Origin: Candidatus Omnitrophota bacterium | GTDB lineage: Bacteria; Omnitrophota; Gorgyraeia; JAGLLT01 | Assembly (NCBI GenBank): GCA_030632085.1 | Contig: DAOVJY010000001.1 | Coordinates: 66,125 to 130,124 of the forward strand | Direction: 5' to 3' | Length of the DNA stretch: 64,000 bases | Shown: one piece after another, positions 29,521 to 39,407 of the stretch | Numbering within the stretch: position 1 is the first letter of the stretch | How the letters are laid out: each line of letters begins with the position of its first letter | Program-made: the position numbers and the translations under genes | The notes under the pieces: generated by a model | What the model was told of the DNA's origin: nothing | The model's database searches: none | The model's input: only the letters and a program-made list of their open reading frames with translations

Positions 29521-30039
29521 TTACGGTTTAAAAACTAAAAAACTAACTAAAAAACAACCGCTCCCTAAAACCTCAAAAATATCCTTAGTCACCTGCACCA
29601 TATACGCGGTAGCAGGCACAGCATCATTTACCGCTAAAAAGAAACCCAGTAATAAAACAACGATAAAGGCGTTAATCCCGGCTATAAAATAGCTATAACT
29701 TAATCTCTCCTCACGCAGGATTGAATTCAACATCATGATAACTATTAATCCTAATATCACAAACGCGAAGTCAATAATAAACCCGGGCTGCTTGTATAAT
29801 TTTAGCCAGGAAGCATATTCCATGCTTAAATTAATAAATCTAATGCCGTCATGTAAAAACCAGTTACCGATTATATTATCAAAGTCAAAAAACTTATTCA
29901 AGCCGGTTAATAAAAAGACGGCCCAGGCAAAGTGCCAGCGAAAAGACTTAGTCTTCATCGCCACTCTTAATAAAACAAAAGCCGCAAAAAATAATAATAA
30001 ATATGTAGCCGTATTTAAGAAAAGCTGTAAATTAGTCAT
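29521..30039 (-). CDS. Hypothetical multi-TM membrane protein
   Basis: Hydrophobic 172-aa ORF coupled to the upstream GT. Confidence 0.7.
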   Translation of the reverse strand: MTNLQLFLNTATYLLLFFAAFVLLRVAMKTKSFRWHFAWAVFLLTGLNKFFDFDNIIGNWFLHDGIRFINLSMEYASWLKLYKQPGFIIDFAFVILGLIVIMMLNSILREERLSYSYFIAGINAFIVVLLLGFFLAVNDAVPATAYMVQVTKDIFEVLGSGCFLVSFLVFKP

Positions 30040-31156
30040 TGTTATATTCCTTGTATTTAGTATCTATAAATTCTCTCATATTTTTCTTAAATGTCTCTTT
30101 GTCGAATTTAAGAGCATGCGCCCTTATCTTCTGCGCGTTAAAATCCTTAGAATTAAAATTCTGAACCGCTTCAATTAAGGCATCTTTATCCTGAGAATAA
30201 AAGAATTTACCTGTTATATAGTTGTTCGAGGTTTCGCCTCGAACATAATCTACTACGGTTTCTAAAACACCGCCCTTGCCGTAAGCGATTACCGGCCGGC
30301 CTGAAGCCTTGGCTTCTACCGGAATCATGCCAAAGTCCTCTTCACCCGTATATATAAGGGCTTTAGCCCTTTTATAATAGCCGGCTAACTCCTCATCATC
30401 TATCCTGCCTAAAAACTCGATATTTTCAGACGACATAGCTTTTAACTTAGCCTGATCACTGCCTGAACCTATAATCTTTAAAGGCAGCCCTAATTCATTA
30501 AAAGCCAAAACTGCCACATCTATCCTTTTATATTCCCTCAAGCGTGAGACCACTAAATAATAATCCCCCACCTCAGCTGATATACTAAACTTATTTACCT
30601 CAACCGGAGGATAAATAACAAAGGCCTCTCTCTTGTAAAAATCTTTAATTCTTCCGGCTACATTTTTAGAATTAGCTATAAAGTAATCCACATGCCTCGA
30701 TGAATTAATATCTATTTTCTTTAGATATTTAATTACATACGGCAGCAAAAACAATAATACACCATGAATATCTTCTCTTTTAACATAATCCTCATACATC
30801 CAGATAAACCTGGCCGGTGTATGGCAATAACAGATATGACAAGTATGCTTATTTAACCTTAAACATTTCCCAAAAGCGCTGGATGATGAAATAACCAGAT
30901 CATACTCATTTAAATTAAATGCTTCAAAGGCCGCGTGATACAACACCAAATACTTCTTAAAATGCTTAAATACACCGGGCAGCTTCTGCATAAAAGAAAC
31001 CCTGATATCCATATCCTTAAAACTTGAAGGCATATGTTCTTTATCATATATAGAAGTATAAATAGGGGCCTCGGGGTACATCTCATGTAAGACCTCTACA
31101 ACCTTTTCCGCCCCGCCATACTGATTTAAAAAGTCATGAACTATTGCTACTTTCAT
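30032..31156 (-). CDS. GT4 glycosyltransferase (WbaZ-like mannosyltransferase type)
   Basis: VHD.L...GGAE, YCHTP.R, EEDFG..PVEA.ASG.PV. Confidence 0.9.
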   Translation of the reverse strand: MKVAIVHDFLNQYGGAEKVVEVLHEMYPEAPIYTSIYDKEHMPSSFKDMDIRVSFMQKLPGVFKHFKKYLVLYHAAFEAFNLNEYDLVISSSSAFGKCLRLNKHTCHICYCHTPARFIWMYEDYVKREDIHGVLLFLLPYVIKYLKKIDINSSRHVDYFIANSKNVAGRIKDFYKREAFVIYPPVEVNKFSISAEVGDYYLVVSRLREYKRIDVAVLAFNELGLPLKIIGSGSDQAKLKAMSSENIEFLGRIDDEELAGYYKRAKALIYTGEEDFGMIPVEAKASGRPVIAYGKGGVLETVVDYVRGETSNNYITGKFFYSQDKDALIEAVQNFNSKDFNAQKIRAHALKFDKETFKKNMREFIDTKYKEYNND

Positions 31157-31173
31157 ATTATAGAACCTTTATT

Positions 31174-31202
31174 CTGTTCCACCGCCGCGGTGGAACAGTG
31201 GG
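31174..31202. repeat. REP-like palindrome, CCACC-N5-GGTGG family
   Basis: ctgttccaccgccgcggtggaacagtggg, abutting the stop at 31203. Confidence 0.85.
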
Positions 31203-32324
31203 TTATATATTCAATACCTCTTTATAGACATTCCAAGTTTCCTGGGCTGATTTCTTCCATGAGAAGTTCTTTGCTTTCTTAAGGCCTCTGTTTCTGTAAT
31301 CGTCATAGACATTCGCGTCTAATAAAAGTTTTCTCATGGCCGAAGCAATCTCATGAGGCTTATTAGGATCAACTTTCATTGCCGCTTCACCTACTACTTC
31401 CTTTAAAGATGAAATATTAGAAGTTATAACAGGTGTCCCGCAGGCCATACTTTCAATTAACGGCAGTCCAAAACCTTCATAAAAAGATACATAGACAAAC
31501 AACCGCGCCATATTATACATTAAGGGTAAATGGTCGTTTTCCACATATCCCGCGAATATCACCCTCTCCTCTAAACCCAACTTCTTTACACCCTCAAAAA
31601 TATTCTCATAATCCCATCCCTTACTTCCGGCAACAACCAGTTTATAACCCGGTAATTCATCAAGGCATAAACTAAATGCCTTTAATAAACCGGGAACATT
31701 TTTCCTGGGCTCAAGCGTACCCACATAAAGAATATATTTATCAGGCAGGCTGTATTTTTGCCTGATTTCATTCTGCAGTTCAATATCATCAATAACCTTA
31801 AAATTATCTGAAATACCGTTATAAATAACCTTTATTTTATCAGGATTAATACCATAGCAATCAACTATGTCATTTTTAGTATTTCCTGAGACAGCAATAA
31901 TCTTATCCGCCTTCTTACATGACATTTTGGTAAAGTTAGTTAAATACCAAGTCTGTAACCTACCGTGGCTTTTCTTCAGCCTGATAAATGATAAGTCATG
32001 GACCGTGACAACTGTTTTACACCCACTAAATATAGGCATTATATTCGCCGGGCAGTGAATTAAATCAATCTTGTTTTTTTTAAGTAAAACAGGTAGAACA
32101 AACTGCTCCCATAAAATGCGCACTTGCCTGTTGCTGGTTGGAAATAAGGTCTCAAGGCAGTTAAAATTATCTATAATACTGGAATTCTTCTTTACAAAGA
32201 CATTCAAGTTACCTAACCCCAACTCCACATAAACCATTAACAGCTTATAGATATACTGGGATAAACCTGTATTTCTATAGTTTTTATCTGCTGATAGTAA
32301 TTGCGCGTTCATAGCTATTTTCAT
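31203..32324 (-). CDS. GT4 glycosyltransferase (MtfB-like)
   Basis: [28 protein letters not shown]. Confidence 0.92.
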   Translation of the reverse strand: MKIAMNAQLLSADKNYRNTGLSQYIYKLLMVYVELGLGNLNVFVKKNSSIIDNFNCLETLFPTSNRQVRILWEQFVLPVLLKKNKIDLIHCPANIMPIFSGCKTVVTVHDLSFIRLKKSHGRLQTWYLTNFTKMSCKKADKIIAVSGNTKNDIVDCYGINPDKIKVIYNGISDNFKVIDDIELQNEIRQKYSLPDKYILYVGTLEPRKNVPGLLKAFSLCLDELPGYKLVVAGSKGWDYENIFEGVKKLGLEERVIFAGYVENDHLPLMYNMARLFVYVSFYEGFGLPLIESMACGTPVITSNISSLKEVVGEAAMKVDPNKPHEIASAMRKLLLDANVYDDYRNRGLKKAKNFSWKKSAQETWNVYKEVLNI

Positions 32325-32348
32325 AATGGATTATCCTTTTGCATCATC

Positions 32349-32379
32349 CCAAAACACCACCTTGAAGGTGGAATGTTGG
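32349..32379. repeat. Degenerate CCACC-N5-GGTGG palindrome
   Basis: ccaaaacaccaccttgaaggtggaatgttgg, 7 nt from the stop at 32387. Confidence 0.65.
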
Positions 32380-32386
32380 TTATACT

Positions 32387-33853
32387 TCAGTTTAATAGCT
32401 CCTTATATATTGAATAATGTTTTTCTGCAACAATTTCATTTTTATAATTATTTAAAGCGTATTCTCTTCCTCGTTTAATCATTTCCTCTCTTGCTTTTTG
32501 ATTATTCATTACACTCAAAATAGCATCTTTTAGCTTCCGTACGTCACTTTCTCTAAATACAATGCCACAACCAGCCATTGTTTCAGGTACAGAACCGCTA
32601 TCAGAGCCTATTACAGGCACGCCATACATAAAAGCTTCAGCTATCATTCGCCCAAACTGCTCTTTCCAGCGAGCCGTTGTCCTTGAGGGAGCAACTAAGA
32701 CATCCATTTTAGCATAATATTCAGACATGTCTTCTCTTTTTACCGCACCTGCAAATTCGACTCTATCTGCTATATTTCTAAATTTAATTATTTTCAATAT
32801 TTTACTCTTTAGTGGGCCATCTCCCACTACAAGTAGTTTATAAACTTTACTCAACTGATTACACGCGTTAACCAGATCCAATATGCCCTTTTCTTCAACT
32901 AGCCTGCCTACATAACCAATAACAAAAACTTCATTCTTATCTTTCTTAATTTCGTCAGATATATCCAAAGCCAAAGGAACAACTTCTATTTTACCTTGAT
33001 AACCCTTTGCGCGCAAGACATCCACAACGCCCTTACTACATGGATAACAATAATCAGCATTATTAAATGTAAACTTTTCAATAAAATTAAATGGAAAAGG
33101 ATATTTTTTGTTAATGTTTTGTGCTGAATAAAACATAACCTTGCTTTTCCTAAGAAAGAGCTTCCTAAATAATAATATCTGTAAAGTTGTTAAACTCCAA
33201 GGCTCTTCATAAATATCAATAATATCCGGCTTTATCTGCCATAATAACTTATAAACGCCAAATATATAAAAACTTAATGCTGTATGACTAGTGAATAATA
33301 TTCTTCCTTTATATATAGTGTAGTCCTTATTATAATCCTTTTCAAGATATACTTTTCTAGACTCCTCACGCCACCAATGTGGAGCTAAAAGGCTAATCTC
33401 TAAATCCTTATGCTTAGCTAATTCTTCAATTCGCCTTTGATTATTCTTAGTTACAAAATGATGCCCGGTAACTAAAACCTTTAACTTTTTTTCAACCCTA
33501 TTATCAGGATTAAGTAATTCTTCATATATTTTAGCGGTCTCTCTCGCCATGCGCTCAGCCGTAAAGAGTTCTATCGCCCTTTTTTGGCCTTCAAGAGCTA
33601 AATTATAAGCATATTTTCTATCATCAAATAGCGATATTATTCCATTTGCAAGTGATTTAGAGTCTTTTGGTGGTACCAATAACCCACTTTTACCATTTAT
33701 TATGATTTCTTTTGGGCCACCGACATCTGTAGCAACAACAGGCTTACCCCTCATCTGAGCTTCTATTACCGCAAGGCCAAATGGCTCTTCTGTGGCGGGA
33801 AGCACAAATAGATCAATATCATCCAAAAACCTTGATATATCATCATCGAAACC
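32387..33853 (-). pseudogene. Tandem GT4-GT4 gene, 5'-truncated (second domain complete)
   Basis: Starts mid-domain at GF.DDISRFL..EPFG..EA; a full GT4 with EQFG follows; no authentic start. Confidence 0.7.
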
Positions 33854-33918
33854 CCCACACCCATTAATAAACCTAATATAGCCCCAAAGACGGTATTAGA
33901 TACAGGCCGAGGCCTTAT
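33847..33918 (-). pseudogene. Fragment of a Wzz/Wzc polysaccharide co-polymerase TM2
   Basis: IRPRPVSNTVFGAILGLLMGVGVS fits the Pro-rich + Gly-rich PCP TM2 motif. Confidence 0.6.
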
Positions 33919-33924
33919 GAGCCC

Positions 33925-33971
33925 CTTATTGGTTATTATTGGTTAGTTTTTAGCGGATAGCGGTTAGAGGG
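33925..33971. repeat. Short heptamer-module array, inverted relative to the others
   Basis: ttattggttattattggtt and tagcggatagcggttagagg. Confidence 0.55.
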
Positions 33972-34037
33972 TTTTATTGAATCAGTTTCTCTATTACAGT
34001 GATAGATTGTGATTTAGTATTCATTAATCTGTGATTA

Positions 34038-34853
34038 CTATTTTGTAGTCTTTCTTATAAAGCTAAAGATACCTAAGAAGCCGGTAATAAACATCATAAT
34101 AGTGGATGGTTCCGGAACGGCTTGGACATTAAGAGTACCTTCACAAGTAGCGCCATCGCTATGGCTAAATGGTTCATAAGAGGGATCTCGGCTGCCCCAG
34201 CCTTCCATATCATATTGTATATCGCTATAAAATACATTACGCACCATATCACCCGGCAGAACTTCCGGATCCTCTTCATCATAGTCATTGTTGTTAGTAT
34301 CCCAGTAAAGCTCAACAGTAAAGGTAAAATCGCCTAAATCGGGGCCGGTTGGGCGAAGATAATATGAAGAATCCGCCGTTGACCACTTTAAGGTATACAT
34401 ACCCGGGTGGTGAGTGGTGATGTCCGTAACCCACTTGCCACCAGCATCAGCTGTAAGAGTTGGTTCCGGTGAACTTTCCTTGCAGACTAATTTTGAGCCC
34501 CACATGGGACCAATAGTAGTCTGATAACTTATAAAGGTATAAAGACCAGAAATACCTTCACCAGCGCCTAAACCATCTCTCCAGTTCAAATAAGTATTAT
34601 AATCGTTAGGCTGGGTATGAGGATCTTCCGGATTATAGAATGTCTCGTATGTAACCGCACCGGAATCTCTACAAAATTGACGGGCATTCAATTGGGTTGA
34701 CATAGTCTCGCCGGGCACGCTTTCATCTCCGGCTGAAATGGGATATAAGTCTATTAAGTCATTTGGGCTAAACTCAATAGTTATACCCTTTGCTTCAGAC
34801 ATAAAAATATTGACCAAAAATAGAACTGAAACAATTATAAATAATCTTTTAAT
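34038..34853 (-). CDS. PEP-CTERM protein; signal peptide begins at an ATT codon
   Basis: VPEPST+TM+RK; in-frame IKRLFIIVSVLFLVNIFMSEAKG upstream of the called TTG. Confidence 0.8.
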   Translation of the reverse strand: MKRLFIIVSVLFLVNIFMSEAKGITIEFSPNDLIDLYPISAGDESVPGETMSTQLNARQFCRDSGAVTYETFYNPEDPHTQPNDYNTYLNWRDGLGAGEGISGLYTFISYQTTIGPMWGSKLVCKESSPEPTLTADAGGKWVTDITTHHPGMYTLKWSTADSSYYLRPTGPDLGDFTFTVELYWDTNNNDYDEEDPEVLPGDMVRNVFYSDIQYDMEGWGSRDPSYEPFSHSDGATCEGTLNVQAVPEPSTIMMFITGFLGIFSFIRKTTK

Positions 34854-35114
34854 TGAAGCCTTTTATTATTATACTGGTTATACCTGATTAAAAGTTTTAT
34901 TACTAAAGTTTATTAATACTTAAATTTAATTACTGTAATTTATAATATATCAAATCAAATCGCTATTGTCAACTCAATATATTTGTGTTTTTCCGCTGGA
35001 ATATTTTATTGGTATTTGAGGGTTATTAGATGAAATTATTTCACTACAATATCTTGCGGTGTCCGGTAGAAAATAGAGCAAAAGTTTGAAAGTATCAAAG
35101 TGTAAAAAGATTGT

Positions 35115-35143
35115 TTGACAGAAAAGGATATTTATGTTAGTTT
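35115..35143 (+). promoter_or_regulatory. Probable rpmB promoter
   Basis: TTGACA-N17-TAGTTT with extended TG. Confidence 0.6.
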
Positions 35144-35284
35144 ATTTGCTTGAAGTAAAATGTAAAAGAACTTATCCCCCCAGCATTCTTTGGGAATCAA
35201 AAAATAGGGATTAATTCGCTCAGCAACTTACGAGCGCTTCGCTCCATAAGGTACGCGTTCATTATTTATAAGGAGAGACAAGCA

Positions 35285-35515
35285 ATGCCTAGAGTATGTT
35301 ATGTATGTAATAAAGGAACAACGGCCGGCCGCAGTATTAAAAGACGCGGTAAAGCCAAAAAAGATGGCGGCGTAGGCCGTAACATAACCGGCATAACTAA
35401 AAGAACCTTCAAGCCTAATTTACAGAGGGTTAAAATTGAAGAGAACGGCCAGACAAAAAGAGTTCAAGTCTGCGCTAAATGCCTTAAGGCCGGTAAAGTT
35501 AAAAAAGCTATATAA
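35285..35515 (+). CDS. rpmB: 50S ribosomal protein L28 (Zn-binding type)
   Basis: CxxC...KR.FKPNLQ...CAKCLK; GGVG insert. Confidence 0.95.
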   Translation: MPRVCYVCNKGTTAGRSIKRRGKAKKDGGVGRNITGITKRTFKPNLQRVKIEENGQTKRVQVCAKCLKAGKVKKAI

Positions 35516-35519
35516 TTAT

Positions 35520-35548
35520 AACCCTTCTTTAATTGTTGAAGGGTTTTA
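35520..35548 (+). terminator. rpmB terminator
   Basis: aacccttc...gaagggtttt. Confidence 0.7.
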
Positions 35549-35596
35549 GTTTAATACCCTAAACAATAATTTCCCCTTAAAAGACAGAATAATCTA

Positions 35597-35735
35597 TTGA
35601 CAAATACGAACACGTAGTATATAATAATATAGTAAGCAAGAAAATGATCTTTGAGGTGTGAGTAAAAATATAGAAGTTTTGGCCCTAGTTTCGAGGTTCT
35701 GCCTTCCCCCCTAAAAAAACTAGGGCTGCTTTTTG
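35597..35735 (+). ncRNA. Candidate ~100-nt sRNA with its own promoter and terminator
   Basis: Perfect TTGACA-N17-TATAAT (35597-35625); gccctagttt/aaactagggc stem followed by a T-run; no ORF. Confidence 0.5.
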
Positions 35736-35776
35736 CCTATTTTAGGTGTTGATGTTCTCAATTAAGCTTAAATAAA

Positions 35777-35825
35777 AAAAGTTACCATACAAAATGTCAA
35801 TTAGACAACATTGTATGGTAACTTC
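35777..35825 (-). terminator. Terminator downstream of 35859..36419
   Basis: aagttaccatacaa...ttgtatggtaactt with an A-run on the left. Confidence 0.75.
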
Positions 35826-35858
35826 GTATTAAAAACTTAAAATCTAAATAATAACTTA

Positions 35859-36419
35859 TTACTTTGTGATAACGAGAGTCTTTATGGCCTTATCAAAGGC
35901 ACCTAAATCCCGATCAAAAGCCTTTCGCGTCTTGGAATTAAGTATAATCCCGTAAAAATATTTATCGGTTACGATATATATCCTCTTTTGATAAATGGTA
36001 ATCCCTCTTGCTGAAAACTTATCAATCATCCGATAAGCGTCATATTCCTTTAAATCCACAGGGCCTTTATCTTTTAATTCAAACTCAACGTCCTTATTAG
36101 CTCTCATGTTGGATATATCTATATCTACCGCCTCTTCGGCCGTGAAGTTCATAGAATTATTCTGAGCTAAAAAGACAATGTCTGAATCGAAATCATCAGA
36201 AAAAAACTGAACTAAAAAAACATGCGGGCCCAAATCGCTTTGCTTACATTTTTTCATTGACCAAATATCCGCAATGGTTATAGAAGCGCCGCATTCATCA
36301 TTCGTAAAAGTAGCCCCGGTAAGCACAACCGTATTAACCGGAGAACATGATATAAGCATTGTCCCCAGTAAAGCAAAAATCGTAATAATCAGGAAAACTC
36401 TACTCTTCATAAGAATCAC
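35859..36419 (-). CDS. PsbP/DcrB-like lipoprotein
   Basis: LISC lipobox; beta-rich; C-terminal F......FD..I.TL. Confidence 0.6.
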   Translation of the reverse strand: MILMKSRVFLIITIFALLGTMLISCSPVNTVVLTGATFTNDECGASITIADIWSMKKCKQSDLGPHVFLVQFFSDDFDSDIVFLAQNNSMNFTAEEAVDIDISNMRANKDVEFELKDKGPVDLKEYDAYRMIDKFSARGITIYQKRIYIVTDKYFYGIILNSKTRKAFDRDLGAFDKAIKTLVITK

Positions 36420-36499
36420 TTCCTCCTTTTAATCACTTTCAAAATCAATGATAATAACAACGATACCGCGTTTCTTCCGCAAACCGCTATCCTTTCTGT

Positions 36500-36802
36500 T
36501 TAATAACAGCTGCTGTTGAGAACTTTTTTATATATGTGATTCATTACCAAGGCCGGTGTGACTAATAATATACAAGTGTAGACTACAATAATAAAGGTTA
36601 AAATATTTTTTTTAGCCCGGCTCATAGACGGATTTTTAAATATTAAAGGTAAAGTAAGGGGCCCAAATAGGACTATAGCTGGATAAATTACCCGGGACTT
36701 ATAATACCAGTGTATTTCTCCGTTATTTTTAAGAAAATCACCGCAGGCGCGGCAATAATTATCCTGATCATCTACCATCCGGCCGCACTTAGCGCAAATC
36801 AC
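36500..36802 (-). CDS. Zinc-ribbon membrane protein
   Basis: CxxCG...YCxxCG followed by two TMs. Confidence 0.75.
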   Translation of the reverse strand: MICAKCGRMVDDQDNYCRACGDFLKNNGEIHWYYKSRVIYPAIVLFGPLTLPLIFKNPSMSRAKKNILTFIIVVYTCILLVTPALVMNHIYKKVLNSSCY

Positions 36803-38010
36803 TATTGGATATCCCCGGCTTTCTTTAGGGCAATCTTTGTGCAGATAGGGCCGATGAGTTCGTAGAAAACGGTGGTCATAACTATGGTTGAAAATATCAT
36901 ACCGCCTACACTCACACCGTTTATTTCATTCACAAAAGCAGATTTGGCTATTAAGGCCAGGCCTAAAGCCACACCGGCCTGGGGAGCTAAACCTAAACCG
37001 ATAAACTTTTTAACGCTATTTTGGGCTTTAGCCGCGTGAGCGCCTAAGGAAGCGCCAATCATCTCGCCCGGCAGCCTGCTAAAGACATATATGCAGCCTA
37101 AGACCCCGATAATACCCAAGAAATTAGCATCATTAATTATTAAATTCACACCGGCTAAGACAAAGAACAATAAATAAAAAGGTGAATCAACCGCCCTTAA
37201 GGCATCAAAGAACTTAAAGCTGGTTTTGTTTATATTAACTAGCACCGCCGCTAAAACCATATTAGCTAAAAGGACCGATAAGCCAAAGTGAATCGCCAAA
37301 CCCGCGGTTAAAAGAATAAAACCCAAAGTATATATTAATAAATCGGAAGAGTTTGTTATAAACTTAGAAATTTTAGATAAAATAATTCCCAGAACTCCTC
37401 CTAAAACTAGAGCGCCCACTATTTCAATACCGGCACGCATTATACCGGTTAAAACAGTATCTGTAGCTAAACCATGGACGCCCGCCATGCTCTTGGCAAT
37501 TGCCAGACAGAACGCGAACAAGATAATGCCCCAGGCATCGTCTATAGCCACAACACCCAATAAGGTATCGGTAAAAGTACCCTTAGCCTTAAATTCCCTG
37601 GTAACCATAACTATAGCCGCCGGTGCCGTCGCCGGAGCAATAGCCCCAAACACTAACGCGATATAAAAAGGCTGCTTGGCTATAAGCCAGATACATAAAG
37701 TTACCACCAGCCAGGCACCGATAACCTCACCTATTGAAATATATAAAATAGACCTGCCTATTCTCCTAAACCTTTCTACGGAAAAGTTCTGACCTAAGCT
37801 AAAAGCGATAAAACTAAGAACTATATTTGAAATAAGGCCGGATGATTCTAGAATTCCGGATGAAACCAGATTAAGTAAGGAAGGGCCTATAGCTATACCC
37901 AGTAATAAATAAGCCGTAATTGTCGGAATTCTGAGCTTTCTAATCAGCTTAGCTGATAAAAGTCCGGCTAAAAGAATAATTCCTAAACTAAAAGCGGTAT
38001 TAATATCCAC
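36802..38010 (-). CDS. Cation:proton antiporter (CPA2/Kef-type)
   Basis: ATAPAA, VAIDDA, FFVLAG, PQAGVA.GL, ELIGP. Confidence 0.9.
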   Translation of the reverse strand: MDINTAFSLGIILLAGLLSAKLIRKLRIPTITAYLLLGIAIGPSLLNLVSSGILESSGLISNIVLSFIAFSLGQNFSVERFRRIGRSILYISIGEVIGAWLVVTLCIWLIAKQPFYIALVFGAIAPATAPAAIVMVTREFKAKGTFTDTLLGVVAIDDAWGIILFAFCLAIAKSMAGVHGLATDTVLTGIMRAGIEIVGALVLGGVLGIILSKISKFITNSSDLLIYTLGFILLTAGLAIHFGLSVLLANMVLAAVLVNINKTSFKFFDALRAVDSPFYLLFFVLAGVNLIINDANFLGIIGVLGCIYVFSRLPGEMIGASLGAHAAKAQNSVKKFIGLGLAPQAGVALGLALIAKSAFVNEINGVSVGGMIFSTIVMTTVFYELIGPICTKIALKKAGDIQ

Positions 38011-38489
38011 TAGATAACTCCGCTTTCTTTAAATAGAGCCAGGATTATATCAAATAAACATATAATTCCAACTAATTTTTCGCCCTCAACCACAAAAAGT
38101 CTTTGAAAATCATGTACCTTCATTTGATTATAAGCGTGGTTTATATCATCATCCGGATTTACAGTAACAATCTTAGATGACATAATATCATCAGCTACTA
38201 CCAGAAAGCCCATTTCGGGTGATAAATCCGCAGTTGAAAGCTGTTGTTCGGTAACCTGATCGATAAAAGGAATACTTTTTAACAACTGTTTGGTCTCGGA
38301 ATCAATAGGTTCAAACACTTTTAAGACATCTTCAAAATCCAGCATGCCAACCAACTTGTTATTAGGATCGAGTACAGGCAGTACATGGTGGTTCTTATCT
38401 TTAAAGGTTCTGATTATTTCTGAAAGAGGCGTACCGCGGGAAACACTTACCACGTTCTTACTCATACAGTCTGATACTTTCAACTTCAT
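38010..38489 (-). CDS. CBS-pair protein
   Basis: V.D.M, LPV....LVG, GII...DI. Confidence 0.9.
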   Translation of the reverse strand: MKLKVSDCMSKNVVSVSRGTPLSEIIRTFKDKNHHVLPVLDPNNKLVGMLDFEDVLKVFEPIDSETKQLLKSIPFIDQVTEQQLSTADLSPEMGFLVVADDIMSSKIVTVNPDDDINHAYNQMKVHDFQRLFVVEGEKLVGIICLFDIILALFKESGVI

Positions 38490-38625
38490 CTCCTTTATAT
38501 TAAATAAATGTCCTTAACCTTCTATCTCTGAGTTTCGTTGTTAATGAAAAGAATATGTACTCTATCTATTATAAATAAAATTGCATTAAATTACCAGTCA
38601 TTTAATACTTTATCTAATACTATAA

Positions 38626-38676
38626 TAAAAGGATAAAAGGGGATAAAAGGACTAAAAGGGGACAGACACCTTTTTT
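38626..38676. repeat. RAYT-associated REP-like element with taaaagg pre-repeats
   Basis: aaaaggggacagacacctttt core at 38654-38674. Confidence 0.85.
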
Positions 38677-38678
38677 AC

Positions 38679-39338
38679 CTATTTCTTCTTAGGCCGCCCC
38701 TGCCCTAAGCACTTCAAGGAACGGTTTAGCTTTTTCTCCAAACTTTTAATAAACTTGTCTGCTCCTATTACTAGCCCTCTTTTTGTTTTTAATCTAATTT
38801 CATTAACCATTTCGGGATCATTTTCTTTTAAATAACTCTTCCATTCTTCAGGTTTTACGGCTTCATAGTTAGTGAGTTTTATCGGGGCTTTTTTTCGATT
38901 CCCCGCATGGTCGGGTGCGCTGGACCATTTATATTCCCAAGCGTTTTTAACTTTTTTTTCGCGTACTGGGTTATTTTCAACATACCTTATAGCACGATAT
39001 AAATGCGCGTCATCTAATACACAAGAGTAAAATCTTCCTTGCCAAAGATGACCCTTTACTTGTTTCTGTTTATTTATATAATTCGCGTATCTCATGTGAA
39101 CAGTTTTGAATACTTCAGCTAAATCCGCTTTTTCCATGGGAGCGACTACAAAATGCACATGATTATTCATTAAACAATACGCGAAAATATTTAAATTATA
39201 CTTTAAGGCATAATCATTTATCCATTCACAATATTGCATATAATGGTATTTGTAATTAAATATCTTTTGCTGGTAATTACCTCTTTGAGTAATGTGGTGC
39301 GGTGTATTTGGAATAACTATGCGGGCTTGTCTTGGCAT
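38679..39338 (-). mobile_element. REP-associated tyrosine transposase (RAYT, Y1 HUH)
   Basis: MPR.AR, HHITQRG, CLM.NHVH (HUH), LWQGRF, RYVENNP (Y1), WSS; flanked by repeats. Confidence 0.9.
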
Positions 39339-39385
39339 ATATAAAACATATCAAAATAAGGATGTTTTGTCAATATAAAAGGGAT

Positions 39386-39406
39386 AAAAGGGGACAGACA
39401 CCTTTT
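39386..39406. repeat. RAYT-associated REP-like element
   Basis: aaaaggggacagacacctttt, direct copy of 38654-38674. Confidence 0.9.
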
Positions 39407-39407
39407 T

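Noticed and set aside
29735-30178. Long antisense or shifted-frame ORFs (this one, 12729..13118, 55794..56270, 16976..17353 and similar)
   Set aside because: They overlap well-supported genes and have no SD or recognisable motifs.
38679-39338. IS200/IS605 insertion sequence
   Set aside because: No tnpB, and the extended C-terminus, WSS motif and dispersed flanking repeats fit a RAYT better.
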